The notes under the pieces are model-generated. The model saw only the letters and a program-made list of their open reading frames with translations, did not search any database and was not told the DNA's origin. From positions 87,067,921-87,131,920 of the forward strand of contig NC_092383.1 of NCBI RefSeq assembly GCF_030028105.1: a DNA stretch of 64,000 nt. Reading direction: 5' to 3'. This document shows, one piece after another, positions 25,401 through 37,400 of the stretch (positions within the stretch are counted from its first letter, which is position 1; each line of letters opens with the position of its first letter). This stretch comes from Mobula birostris. Its lineage: Eukaryota. A program made the position numbers and the translations under genes.

Positions 25401-28400
25401 TGTATATTTATTGATTCATTTCTCAGAAGCACTTTGTTATGAGTTGATGGAATTTTAATCAATGTTTGGATCCATCCCTCGTGAGAACACCTCGATGCAC
25501 TGTCTTTTTACTCAGCTCCTGGCTTACTGTAATGTGTTGGTGAACAATCAAACTGCCTTAAAACTACAACTACACCTGGAATAGAGTTAACCGATCTGCA
25601 TATCTTCAGAAAATGAGGAAAACTCTTGAGTGAGGGCAGAATAATGGAAGTTGAAATGTGAACAGATTTTATTTCACAAAGCGTGTCCCATTTTTTAAAA
25701 TAAATAGTCGTCAACTATATAAAGAGAAATGTCAAGGGAAATCAAGAGCAGTACACTCTTTTACTGATGAGGATAATGTCACCAATAAAGATATCAAATT
25801 TCAAAGCCCTCCCATCTTTAAATCTTCATTAATTATATTACCACCCACCTTTTGCCTCACATGTCATCTTTTCTGATGTATTTTTTTCTATTTTGTACTC
25901 TATCAGATTCACACTCTTTTGTGCTTCCTTCAGTACTTCCTCTGCACCTCAAGACTTGTTATCGCTCACATTTTCCAGTTCTGGTGTAAGGTCATTGCCT
26001 TGAAGGATCGGCTGTTCCTCTCTCCACAGCTGCCATCTGACATGCTGAGCATCCAGAGCACTTTTCTGCCATGATCTCAGGTTTTGATCATTTAGGGAAT
26101 TTCTCTTTGGAAAAAAATGCACTCCTTTTGTTCAGATCTTTGCAACAAACAGTAACTGGAGGAAAATGTGACACTGAAAGTAATTGTCTGATCAGTTGGG
26201 GAGAGGGAGAGTCCAGGAAATACATCACAGGGATCAGTTAAATTATTATTTGTTATAATTGTCAGCCAATAAGTTATATTCCATCAGCCGATGAGTTGGA
26301 GGCTGCAGGGGCTTTATTTTCCAGTGATCAACTCCATTTCCCCATCTGATAACAACACACAGAAGATCACTGTGCTCACAGTTCTCTTCACTGGTTTACA
26401 AAGTCTATTTAAGGGACAGACAATTATTTATTTATTTAGCAATACATTGCGAGTAGGCTCTTCCGGACCTTCGAGCCACACTGACACATTAATCCCAACA
26501 AACCTGACTAACCTTAACCTAAACATAGATAATTTACAAAGACCGAGTACCAGACCTGATGTGTCTTTGGACTGTGAGAGGAAACTGGAGCAGCCAGGGA
26601 AACCCTCACATTCAATGGGGAAGACACAGAGACTCCCTACAGAACAGCATCGGAATTGAACTCAGAACTTCAAAAAGCCCCTCGGAGTAATCGTGTCGCG
26701 CTAATCTCTATGCTACCGTGGTGCCCATCTCAGGATCATCTCAATAAAGCAGACCCGTGACTTAATCGATAGCAACTTTCTACAACGAGAGCAGAGAATT
26801 TTCTCCAGTGGTATGCAGTGAATGGTAGATTGGTAAAAGATGCACCTTTTTTTTGAGAATTACATGAGATTATGATTTTATACATACATTGTCCAAATGA
26901 TTGCATTTATTTGGAGGTTGTACTGAGGAACAGCTTATTGAATACACTTTCAATGACAAGAGCTAATTCCCCAAAATTGAATAGAACAGGTGAAACTATC
27001 GAAATCTTTCTTCTACCCAACCTCTTGGTTCTCTACCATTCCATGCTTGAAGTAAGATTCCATCACCTGATGTTTCAAGAATAATGGAGTCATCAGGTTA
27101 CAGTGGAAGCAACACCATTCATTGAGGTGTTGCAACCCAACACATCAACACTCTGATCCTGGCTTTTTGTTGACTGCAGCTAAATCAAGTTCATTAAAAT
27201 TCAGTAGCTAGCTATCATATTCATCATGAGATAATGAAAGAAAATAGACACCTACCCCTGCTTTTCCTCTTCAGGTAGCAAAGTAGACAAACGACAAGTA
27301 GTATGAGTAGAATCCCAACAACACTGAGCACAGTTGTGTAAATGGATCTGTGGTAAAAAAGTAGGAAAGGATCAGTCCTGGTTCATCACTTATTCTTGGC
27401 TATTTATAAAGTCTGGTATTTACACAGCAATTTTCATGAGCTCAGGACATCTGCAGCTCAGAAAATGAACATTAGACATTGTTGACAGTGTGGGAAATTG
27501 CAACAGCCAATCTGTTCACTCCAAAGTCTCACAAGTAGAAATGTGATCATGACCAATGATTGTGATGTTGGTTAAGAGAATAACTACTGTCCAGATCATT
27601 TGAGAATCCTCTCATGTTCTTTTACAAACATTTTGTTGGAACTACTGCACAGTAGGACAGACAGCATTGCTGACCGTGTAGCCAAACCTCTTCCTTGAAC
27701 GGTTTCCGTGGTTTTCTTTATTTCGTGGCTGTCCAGCCTCTTGGTTAGCTTAGTCGAGTCAGGCTGAGAAACCTGTTCTAATATATAACAATGACTTTAT
27801 AACTCAGAACATGAGCTTCTACTGCTATACTTAAATTATTAAATATTTAGTGTAAGAAAATTTGACATCTTGACAAGAAAATCAGGAATACTCAGTTTCC
27901 AATACATGATTTCATTGAAATTAATCATGTCAAGCTTGTTTATCACCAGTTAAAGAGAAACAAATTTCTCTCCCAGATGGGCCTGTTTGAAACCACCTGT
28001 AGAGAGAAGCTTGTACTTTACATTTTATTTGTTGAATCAGTTGTCGTCGTTTCCTTCACAGTATTTTCACAGAAATGAATCGGCCCTGTTGAAAGAAAGT
28101 AAAATTCAGTTTCTTGCTTTGTACTTGCAAGATAAAGAGAGCACAATTGTTAGACCAATGGGTACCTGATCATGGTGGACCAAAAGTGAGCTATTACCCA
28201 ATGCGACATATAAAGATTAAAGATGAGATTTATTTGCCACATGTACATCAGAACTTACAGTGAAATGCAACAATTGCATCAAAGACCAAAACAGAATTTG
28301 TTCTGGGGGCAGCTGCAAATGTTCCATGCTTCCAGTGCCAAAGTATCTTACCTACGCATTACTAATACTAACACGTGTGTTTTTGGAGCCTGGGAGGAAA

Positions 28401-31400
28401 CCGGAGCACCTGGAGGAACCCACATAGTAACTGGGAGAACGTGTGTGTAAATTTTATGTCCGACATTTTGCGATTGCACTAGTGACAGATACCTCATTCT
28501 CAGAAGCCGTCATAAAATTCTGGCAACAATTTTCTACACATATAATTTCTCTAATTTTCTTGCTGGTGGGAGAGTTTCTACCCCTCCAGTGAGCACTCAG
28601 ATATTTGAATAAAGCTCTTCATTTTTGAAAGATCTGTTCAAACTGCACAGTGAAATACACTTATGTACAAGAAAAAACTGATGATCAATATTCTCCTGGA
28701 ATCGTCCCCATTCTGGACCCTGCAGCCTGTGAAACATCCCTTTCAACATGATCTCCATCATCCCTCAGGGAATATTTCATGCATTAAAGTGATCCCCTCA
28801 GAAGCTTTAATTTAGATGATCAAACGCAACACTCAAAACATATCTGTGAATCAATTAGATCCAAGGAAATGCGTCATGTTCTGCAAAAGCAACAAAGCTG
28901 AGTATTTGAAGTAGTTTAGAATTCAAAACAAAACAAAGTAATCGATTAAAACATTGAAAATATAGAACGTGAGCAAGTTTGTAGGGAACATATGAAAACC
29001 TCAATAGGTATATGAGGAGAAGATTAATCAAAAATATAGGATATCTAACAGACAGAAATGGGGGAATTTATAAGGGGCACAAAGAAACACCAGGCCAATC
29101 CAATACATTGGTTTTGTCTTTTGTCCTCTTCACCACATTTCCTGATACCAATGTCAGGCTAATTGCTCTATAATTCCCTCTTTTCTCTCCACCTCCTTTT
29201 TAAAATAGATTGGTTAGCTTCTCCCCAATCCACTGGGGAGAAGTGGCCAACAATGCAACTCTATTTTTCTCGTGCTAATTCCTGATGCTCTCTGGGATGT
29301 AGAATATCAGAACCTGGAGATTTGTTGGTTTTCAATCACATCAATTTTCCATCACCATTCCTCTATTATTGGTGATTGCCTACTTTCTGCCTTGCAATAA
29401 ACCCTGTGATCTCCAGAAATCAGTCTGCTGATCCTTTGCTTGCCTCCTTCCATAACAATAAAATCTTTCATCAGACCAAATCTGCACACAATATCACTTG
29501 CCCAAGAGCAAGGAACAATTCAAAGTCTTACCAATTTAAGCTTTGGTCTAGAATGGAAAGGTCGAGTACGAGCCGAATCGGGGCAGCGGGACCCAGGCAT
29601 GAGAGTGTATTGAGAGGCAGGGACTGGGTCCGAGGGCGAGGAACAACCTGCAGCGTGTCCGAATTCAGCACCCGGCCAGATTGAAAACATCAGGGTGTCA
29701 GGACTGGGCAAGAGGGACAAGCTGATGTGAGGCTAACTACTCCTGAAGGATCTCCGCTGAACTGAGGCTGTGGCCTGCAACTAACGGGCTCCTAGATTGG
29801 CTGTGACAGGCTTTATGGCTGTGGACTCACGTGCATGAACTTCAGTCCTGAATGTTATTTGCATACTCTTACTGTTTGCATGATCTGTTTTTTTTTCTCT
29901 GCACATTGGGTATTTAACGGTCTTTTTTCAATAGGTTCCAATTGGGTTTCTTTGTTTTGTGGCTGGGTGTAAGGAGACAAATTTCAAAGTTGTATATGGT
30001 ATACATCCTTCGATAATAAATGTATTTTGAACTTTGAACTTAACCCAATCTGTCCAATAAATTTTCTGTGCTTGAAACTGCTCATCATAGAATTCATTTG
30101 AGCTCAATCTTTCTACATTTTTGCTTAGAGGCTCAGTGAACTAGGATACGCAATTTTTTGAGTCACGTCTGACAATTCCATCTACAAGGAAAAGATATGT
30201 GGGTTTTCAGGACACAGACAATCCGTGTGATTTCCTTACTTTTTATCAAGGTAAAACTGCTTTGATTTGATGACTCAGCCCATTTTCTATAAAATTCAGA
30301 ACAGATAATTGTTTATAAATTCAGGCAGAACAAATATTGGTAAAAGTCTCCAAGGAGCTCTGCCACAAGAAAGCAGCATCCATCATCAAGGACGGCTACC
30401 ATCCAGGCCATGCTCTCCTCACGCTGCTGCCATTGGGAAGGAAGTGTCACACCAGCAGGGTCAGAGACAGTTATTACCCTTCAACCATCAGGCTCGTAAA
30501 CCAGCGTGGATAACTTCACTCACTTCAACACTGAACCAAACAACAGGCTCACTTTCAAGGAGTCTAAAAACTTATGTTCTCAATATTATTTTTTTACTAT
30601 TTAATAATTTGTTTCTTTTATATTTGCACAATTTGTCTTCTTTGCAACGTTGGTTGGTTATACATTTTTGATTGTGTGGAGTTTTTCATTAATTCTGTTT
30701 TATTTATTTGCATCTACTGTGAATGCCTGCAAGAAAATGGATCTCAGGGTAGTATGTGGTGACATATATGTAACTTGATAATAACTTTACTTTGAACTTT
30801 GAAGTGGATTACCTTAGAAGTCTATGTTAATTAACAGCCAGAAGAAATATTACCAGATGAGACACCCAGCCAGTGAGAGCAGATCAGAGGCAGGAGACAC
30901 TGTGGTGGGTGACTCCTGTTTCAACTGCTGTGCTGAAAGGCTTTTCATTCTCTGAAAGGTGGTGACAACATACACTCCATGCTCCTGAGTGAAGTTCCAA
31001 CAAGAAAATATCCAGCATGCACCAGTCATTCAGATTTTTTTTTTAAGCATGTCGTACCAGACATTCAGCCATTCTTGTCCAGCACATGGTGCCAGGATTA
31101 ACCAGGTCACATTATGAACGTTCCTGACTTGACACTTGCATTTTTTACGAGGCCAAGTGGCCAGCTCAACACTCAACTCAGCACGGGTGGAAAGCGTGCT
31201 CAGGGGTGGCCCGGCCTGGATTCGAACTCTGGAACCTTCGCTTCAGAGTCCAGTGTGCTCCATTGACCATCATAAAGAATCAAACCTTGCACCATTTACC
31301 CGTGCTGTTGACTTCAATCACATTTCTGCAGATACTGACACTGTTGGAGATGGACAAGTTGACCACTTCACTGGACTTCTCTCCCTTTTCCCCCAGGTGC

Positions 31401-34400
31401 TCACCCAATGAGAGATCTGTCACCTGACCCGGTTCGTTTCCTAATACTAGATTGAGTATGGCATTCCCCCTCATCGGCCTGTCAACATACTGGCCTTTGG
31501 TCTTACTTCTTCTCTCCCTAATCCACTGTATGAAGAAATTTATGCGATATCACATCATCATCTGACTACAAAGAATCTTCTAATATTTCTAACTTTCTTA
31601 TCATGCAGTGATGACTCCTCCATTTCCAAATAGCTTACGTCATGTAGCAGCTCCGAGGCTAATTGTACATTCACGGGTTACAGTTACATGTCAACTCTGA
31701 GAAAAGCAGCAACTTCCATTTGCAGATTCACACCCGATTGATGAATGCAAACTGCATCAAGCTGCAATCACTCATTTTGTTCAACACCCAACTTTTAATT
31801 CCATTGTTCATTCAACTTTAAGGTCTTTGAGTATTGTTTGCAAATATACTCAATTTCAATTAATTCTTATTTTATGTTCATTAAATTTTTGCATCATTCT
31901 CAGAAGAGAAAATTAACTTTATTATTAAAGAACATATTGTATATGTCACAATATAGGACCATAAGACAAAGGAACAGAATTAGGCCATCTGGCTCATTGG
32001 TCTCCTCCACCATTCAATCATGGCTGATCCTTTTTTTTTAAATCTCCTCCTCAACCCCAGTTCCCAGCCTTCTCCCCGTAACCTTTGATGACATGTCCAA
32101 TCAAGAACCTATCAATCTCTTCCTTAAATACATCCAATGACCTGGCCTCCAAAGCTGTATGTGGCAACAAATTCCACAAGTATACCACCCTTTGGATAAA
32201 GAAATTTCTCCACATCTCTGTTTTGAAAGGGCGCTCCTCTATCCTGAGGCTGTGCCCTCTTGTCCTAGACTCTCCCACCATGGAAAACATCTTTTCCTCA
32301 TCTACTCTGGAGTGTTGTCTACAATTTCCCTTCCTTTGCCTCCCTCCCTTCTTAAAGTGTGGAGTGGCACTTCCAGAGTCTGGTTATTTTTCAAAGATAA
32401 CCACTAATGCCTGCACAATCTCTTCACTTACCTCTTTCAGAAACCTGGGTGTAGTCCATCTGATCCAGGTGACTTATCGACCACCTCAAGCACCTGCTCC
32501 TTAGTAAAAGTAACCACGCTCACTTCTGCCCCCTGACATTGCTGAATTTCTGTCATTTCCACTGATATTTGATATATTTTCCTTTTGTTTTTATGACAGT
32601 GTCAATGTCTCACAACTCAACACCTCTTCTAGCTTTTTCAAAGCTGAAGCGAGAAGTATGAATGAAATGCTCTCAATTTGTCTGGATGTGCAAGTCCAAC
32701 TATGTTTGAGGTGCTGCACATCTTTCAGGAGGAAGTGACAGACTTAACTGTTCACTACACTCTATTTCTACCCCATGGTGGCTGCAATTTGTGGCTTCTA
32801 CAAATGCAAAGAAATTCCTTACCCTCACTAGAAGTATAAGCGCAGCAGTACACAGTAACAGCTATAAATATTGAAATGTATACCCCCTTGAAATTAGAAC
32901 ATACTGTTGCCGTCGATTTCTGTCGTATAACTGCAGGTCTCTCCTTTGCTGTAGACTGTCAAATTAACCATTGCACTGGATCTCGCTCCATGCCAATTTG
33001 AGGCACTGCAGTAATATCGTTGGTGCTGGTGGTTGAAGGATTTACAACATAGAGCCAGTTCATTTGTATCTGAGATCTGTGTATGTCCAGATTGTTTATA
33101 CCATTTGTACTGAATGGGAAAGGATCCCTGGAGAGACTCACAGGAAAGTAACACTAAGCCTCCGAGACGTGAAACATTTGCTGGTGATGGATATCGAACC
33201 ACAGGAGCAGACACAGGTTCTGTGGAAAAGAATTCAACAATCAGACACTGAATGAACAACTGCAAATCAAACTCTCTTCTGCCACTTTTTCAGGTACACC
33301 TGTGCACCTACTTGTTAATGCAAATATCTAATTAATCTATTATCTGGCAGCAACACTGTCCATAAAAGCATGCAGATGTAATCAAGTGGTTCAGTTGTTG
33401 TTCAGGCCAAACATCAGAATGGGGAGGAAATGTGATCTTAGTGACTTTGACCATCGGATGATAGTTGGTGCCAGAAGGGGAGGTTTGAGTGTCTCAAAAA
33501 CTGTTAACTGTTGATGTCCTGAGATCTTCATGCACAACAGTCACTAGAGTTTACAGAGAATGGTGTAAAAAAACAAGAAAGATCCAGTGATCAGCTATTA
33601 TGTGAGCAAAATGCCTTGTCAATGAGAGATGTGTGGACTGCAATGTTCTGACAAGAACTGTCCCTTGTTATTAAAATAACAAGCCATGGGTGACAAAAGA
33701 CATTAAGGACATCCTGAGCACTAAAAGGAGGGTGTTTAGAGATGGAAGCAGGGAGGAGCTGAGGGCAATACAGAGTGACCTGAAAGCCAGGATCAGGGAG
33801 GCTAAAGACAGGTACAGGAGGAAGCTTGAGTGGAAACTCCAGCAGAACAACATGAGAGAGATCTGGAGGGGGATGAGGACCATCACTGGGTTCCGGCAAA
33901 CTAGCAACAGAGGAGCAGAAGGCAGTGTGGACAGGGCCAATGAACTTAACCTGTTCTTTAACAGATTTGACAGTGTGGCCCCTGTCCATCCCGCACAGGA
34001 GACATCTGTTGTCGGCCCCCAACCAACACATATTCCACTCTCCCCTCCTACCCCTCCTCACAGTCCCCCACCCTGCTCTCATGACTATACCCCTTCCCCA
34101 CACGAAACCACCACGGTGGGCTTCACAGCTCTACAGGTGAGAAGACAGCTGTAACATCTCAACCCAAGCAAGGCTGCAGGACCGGATGGTGTCAGTACCA
34201 GGGTGCTCAAAGCCTGTGCCCCTCAGCTATGTGGAGTATTTCGCCATGTATTCAACCTGAGCCTGAGGCTCTGGAGGGTTCCTGTATTGTGGAAGATGTC
34301 CTGCCTCGTCCCTGTGCCGAAGATGCCGTGCCCCAGCGGCCTCAATGACTACAGACCAGTGGCATTGACCTCCCACATCATGACCCTGGAGAGACTTGTT

Positions 34401-37400
34401 CTGGAGCTGCTCCGGCCTATGCTCAGGCCACACTTAGATCCCCTGCAGTTCGCCTTCCAGCCTCGACTCGGAGTTGAGGATGCCATCGTCTTCCTGCTGA
34501 ATCGTGTCTACGCCCACCCGGACAAGCCAGCGAGCACTGCGAGGGTCATGTTTTTTGACTTCTCCAGTGCGTTCAACACCATCCGCCCTGCTCTGCTGGG
34601 GGAGAAGCTGACAGCGATGCAGGTGGATGCTTTCCTGGTATCATGGATTCTTGATTACCTGACTGGCAGACCACAGTACGTGTGCTTGCAACACGGTGTG
34701 TCCGACAGAGTGATCAGCAGCACTGGGGCTCCACAGGGGACTGTTTTGTCTCCCTTTCTCTTCACCATTTACACCTCGGACTTCAACTACTGCACAGAGT
34801 CTTGTCATCTTCAGAAGTTTTCGGATGACTCTACCATAGTTGGATGCATCAGCAAGGGAGATGAGGCTGAGTACAGGGCTACGGTAGGAAACTTTGTCAC
34901 ATGGTGTGAGCAGAATTATCTGCAGCTTAATATGAAAAAGACTAAGGAGCTGGTGGTAGACCTGAGGAGAGCTAAGGTACCAGTGACCCCTGTTTCCATC
35001 CAGGGGGTCAGTTTGGACATGGTGGAGGATTACAAATACTTGGGGATACAAATTGACAATAAACTGGACTGGTGAAAGAACACTGAGGCTGTCTACAAGA
35101 AGGGTCAGAGCTGTCTCTATTTCCTGAGGAGACTGAGGTCTTTTAACATCTGCCGGACGATGCTGAGTTTATTCTACGAGTCTGTGGTGGCCAGTGCTAT
35201 CGTGTATGCCGTTGTGTGCTGGGGCAGCAGGCTGAGTGTGGCAGTCACCAACAGAATCAACAAACTCATTCGTAAGGCCAGTGATGTTGTGGGGATGGAA
35301 CTGGACTCTCTCACAGTGGTGTCTGAAAAGAGGATGCTGTCTAAGTTGCATGCCATCTTGGTCAATGTCTCCCATCCACTACATAATGTACTGGTTGGGC
35401 ACAGGAGTACATTCAGCCAGAGACTCATTCCACTGAGATGCAGCACTGAGCGTCATAGGAAGTCATTCCTGCCTGTGGCCATCAAACTTTACAACTCCTC
35501 CCCTGGAGGGTCAGACATCCTGAGCCAATAGGCTGGTCCTGGACTTATTTCATAATTTACTGGCATAATTTACATATTACTATTTAACTATTTATGGTTG
35601 CATTACTATTTATTATTTATGGAGCAACTGTAACGAAAACAATTTCCCCCCGGATTAATAAAGTATGACTATGACTATGTCTGTCAGTACCTCCAGTTGA
35701 ACTTTGCCTCTTTATGTGTTTTGCCACTATCTGTCAGTCTGTGGTTTTGTATTGCCATGTGCTCTTGTTTGTGTTCATGCCCATATGCTCCTGTCCCTGC
35801 TCCTGCTCTACTCCGGTCCCTGTATTACTGAGTACTCTGTCTTAGACCTGTTTCTCATTATTACCTGTTTTGCTGCCACTTCTGTCTCATTGTGTTCCAC
35901 CTATCATCTGCCTCTCTGTTTATTCTCAGTGTGTTTTAGCCCTCCATTTTTACCTGTTTGTTGCCAGATTGTGCCAGTGAATTTTCCTGAGCCTTTCCAG
36001 CATTTGTATCTGTACTCTGTCCATCAGAATATCGACTCTGCCTGTTTCCCAGTTCTGGTTTTTGGATTTCTCTGGATGTGTTGATCTCTGCCTGAACTTT
36101 GACACCGACTTCGTTTGCACCTCAGGATCTGTTACTCAATTAATATCACTGTGTGCACAGTGCTGGGTCTGCGATTGGATCCCTGCTCCAGTGCCCTGAC
36201 AAGCTCAGAGGAGAATGGCCAGACTGGTTCAAACTGACAGAAATACAAATAACCACATTTTATGACAGTGGTGTGCAGAAGAGCATCTGGACACACAACA
36301 CATCAAACCTTGAAAAGAATCTGCCATAACCGCAGAAGACCATATAGATAAACTCAGTGGCCACTTTGTTAGGCATAGGAGGTTCCTGATGAAGTGGCCA
36401 TTGAGTGTTTAGAGACACAACTTGTGAGATATCCGTCACATGTTTGGAGGCTTTCAGGAGAGAATGAAATTGTAACTGGGTTCAGTGAACTGCTGTATAG
36501 AGGGAAACTTTTGACACTGATATTAATGCAGAGATTTTGAGGGATGGACAGGGTCTGGACAAAGATCTTGTAATCTGTGCAGAGGCTGAACAGGAGGAGG
36601 AGAAGATTACTGTTCTTCAGACACATCCACGAGATGGGTATTTCTCCATTCAACAAGCTTCACCCTGGGATCAGCACATCGTCATTCCCCAGGACATCTA
36701 ATGCTCTGACCCTTCCCAGAGGAAACATGGATGACATATTTATTTTACTGAAGGCACAAATCACTGAGAAACCTACCATCAGATACTTGTAAATATACAT
36801 CAAACATCAGATCGGGACCTGGTGTTGTAATTCCACAGCTGTACCATCCTGTATCTCCAGTGTGAAGATTCTCCATAGTAACAGTAAATATTCCCTGTTC
36901 CGGGTTATCTGTGATTGACACTCGTCCACTCCGTCCATGTTGCCCTTTTGTTTCCACTAAAACTGAACATTGGCGAGTCCATCCATGGCACCAATACTTT
37001 GTGTGTGAGCGGTACTTTGCTTCATAGTGACAATCGATTGTGATCGCTCTTCCCACAACTCCTCTTACAGGTTTCTCTGCCCACAATGCACCTGAAACTG
37101 AAGGAGGCATTTTCAGATTTGAGAGGAAAGGAACAACTTAATATTTCCCATGAAACCACAGCCAATGGTTTTGGTGTGAAGTGCAGTCAGTGCTGTTACT
37201 GTGTCAGCTGTGTCAGTGCTCTCTCCCCTGTGTCAGTACATTGTGGGTTCACTTCCCACTCCAGAGTCCTGAGCAGAAAACCAGGGCTGTTCTTCCAGTG
37301 CAGTACTGAGGGAGAGCCGCAATATTGAATTATAAATTACAACAGATCATGCTGGACCTCCAAGTGTCCACAAGGATCCCAGGTAATTTATTTGGGATAG

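Larger units (their letters stand above)
21285..26730 (-). repeat. Right arm of the inverted segmental duplication
   Basis: As for the left arm. Carries an extra SINE (24420-24720) and an about 850-bp segment (25215-26070) absent from the left arm. Confidence 0.92.

Noticed and set aside
28597-28642. Acceptor followed by LNRSFKNEELYSNI* (Tyr motif) on the minus strand
   Set aside because: It lies upstream of the stalk and TM exons, is in the wrong phase (entry from C2 gives I*), and has no paralogous copy.
30855-30985. Ser/Thr/Pro-rich stretch (ESPTTVSPASD) with donor-like CTG|GTAATA
   Set aside because: No acceptor/phase combination gave an open frame into the downstream exons.
32823-32861. 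39-nt in-frame exon candidate (T)VTVYCCAYTSSE with good splice sites
   Set aside because: It would need a 43-nt intron after the C2 exon, below the usual vertebrate minimum, and the model closes without it.
37167-37203. RSS-like heptamer CACAGTA and nonamer ACCAAAACC (minus strand) near the V exon
   Set aside because: The spacer is 21 nt (not 12 or 23), it lies upstream of V in the leader intron, and there are no D/J segments, so there is no support for RAG rearrangement.
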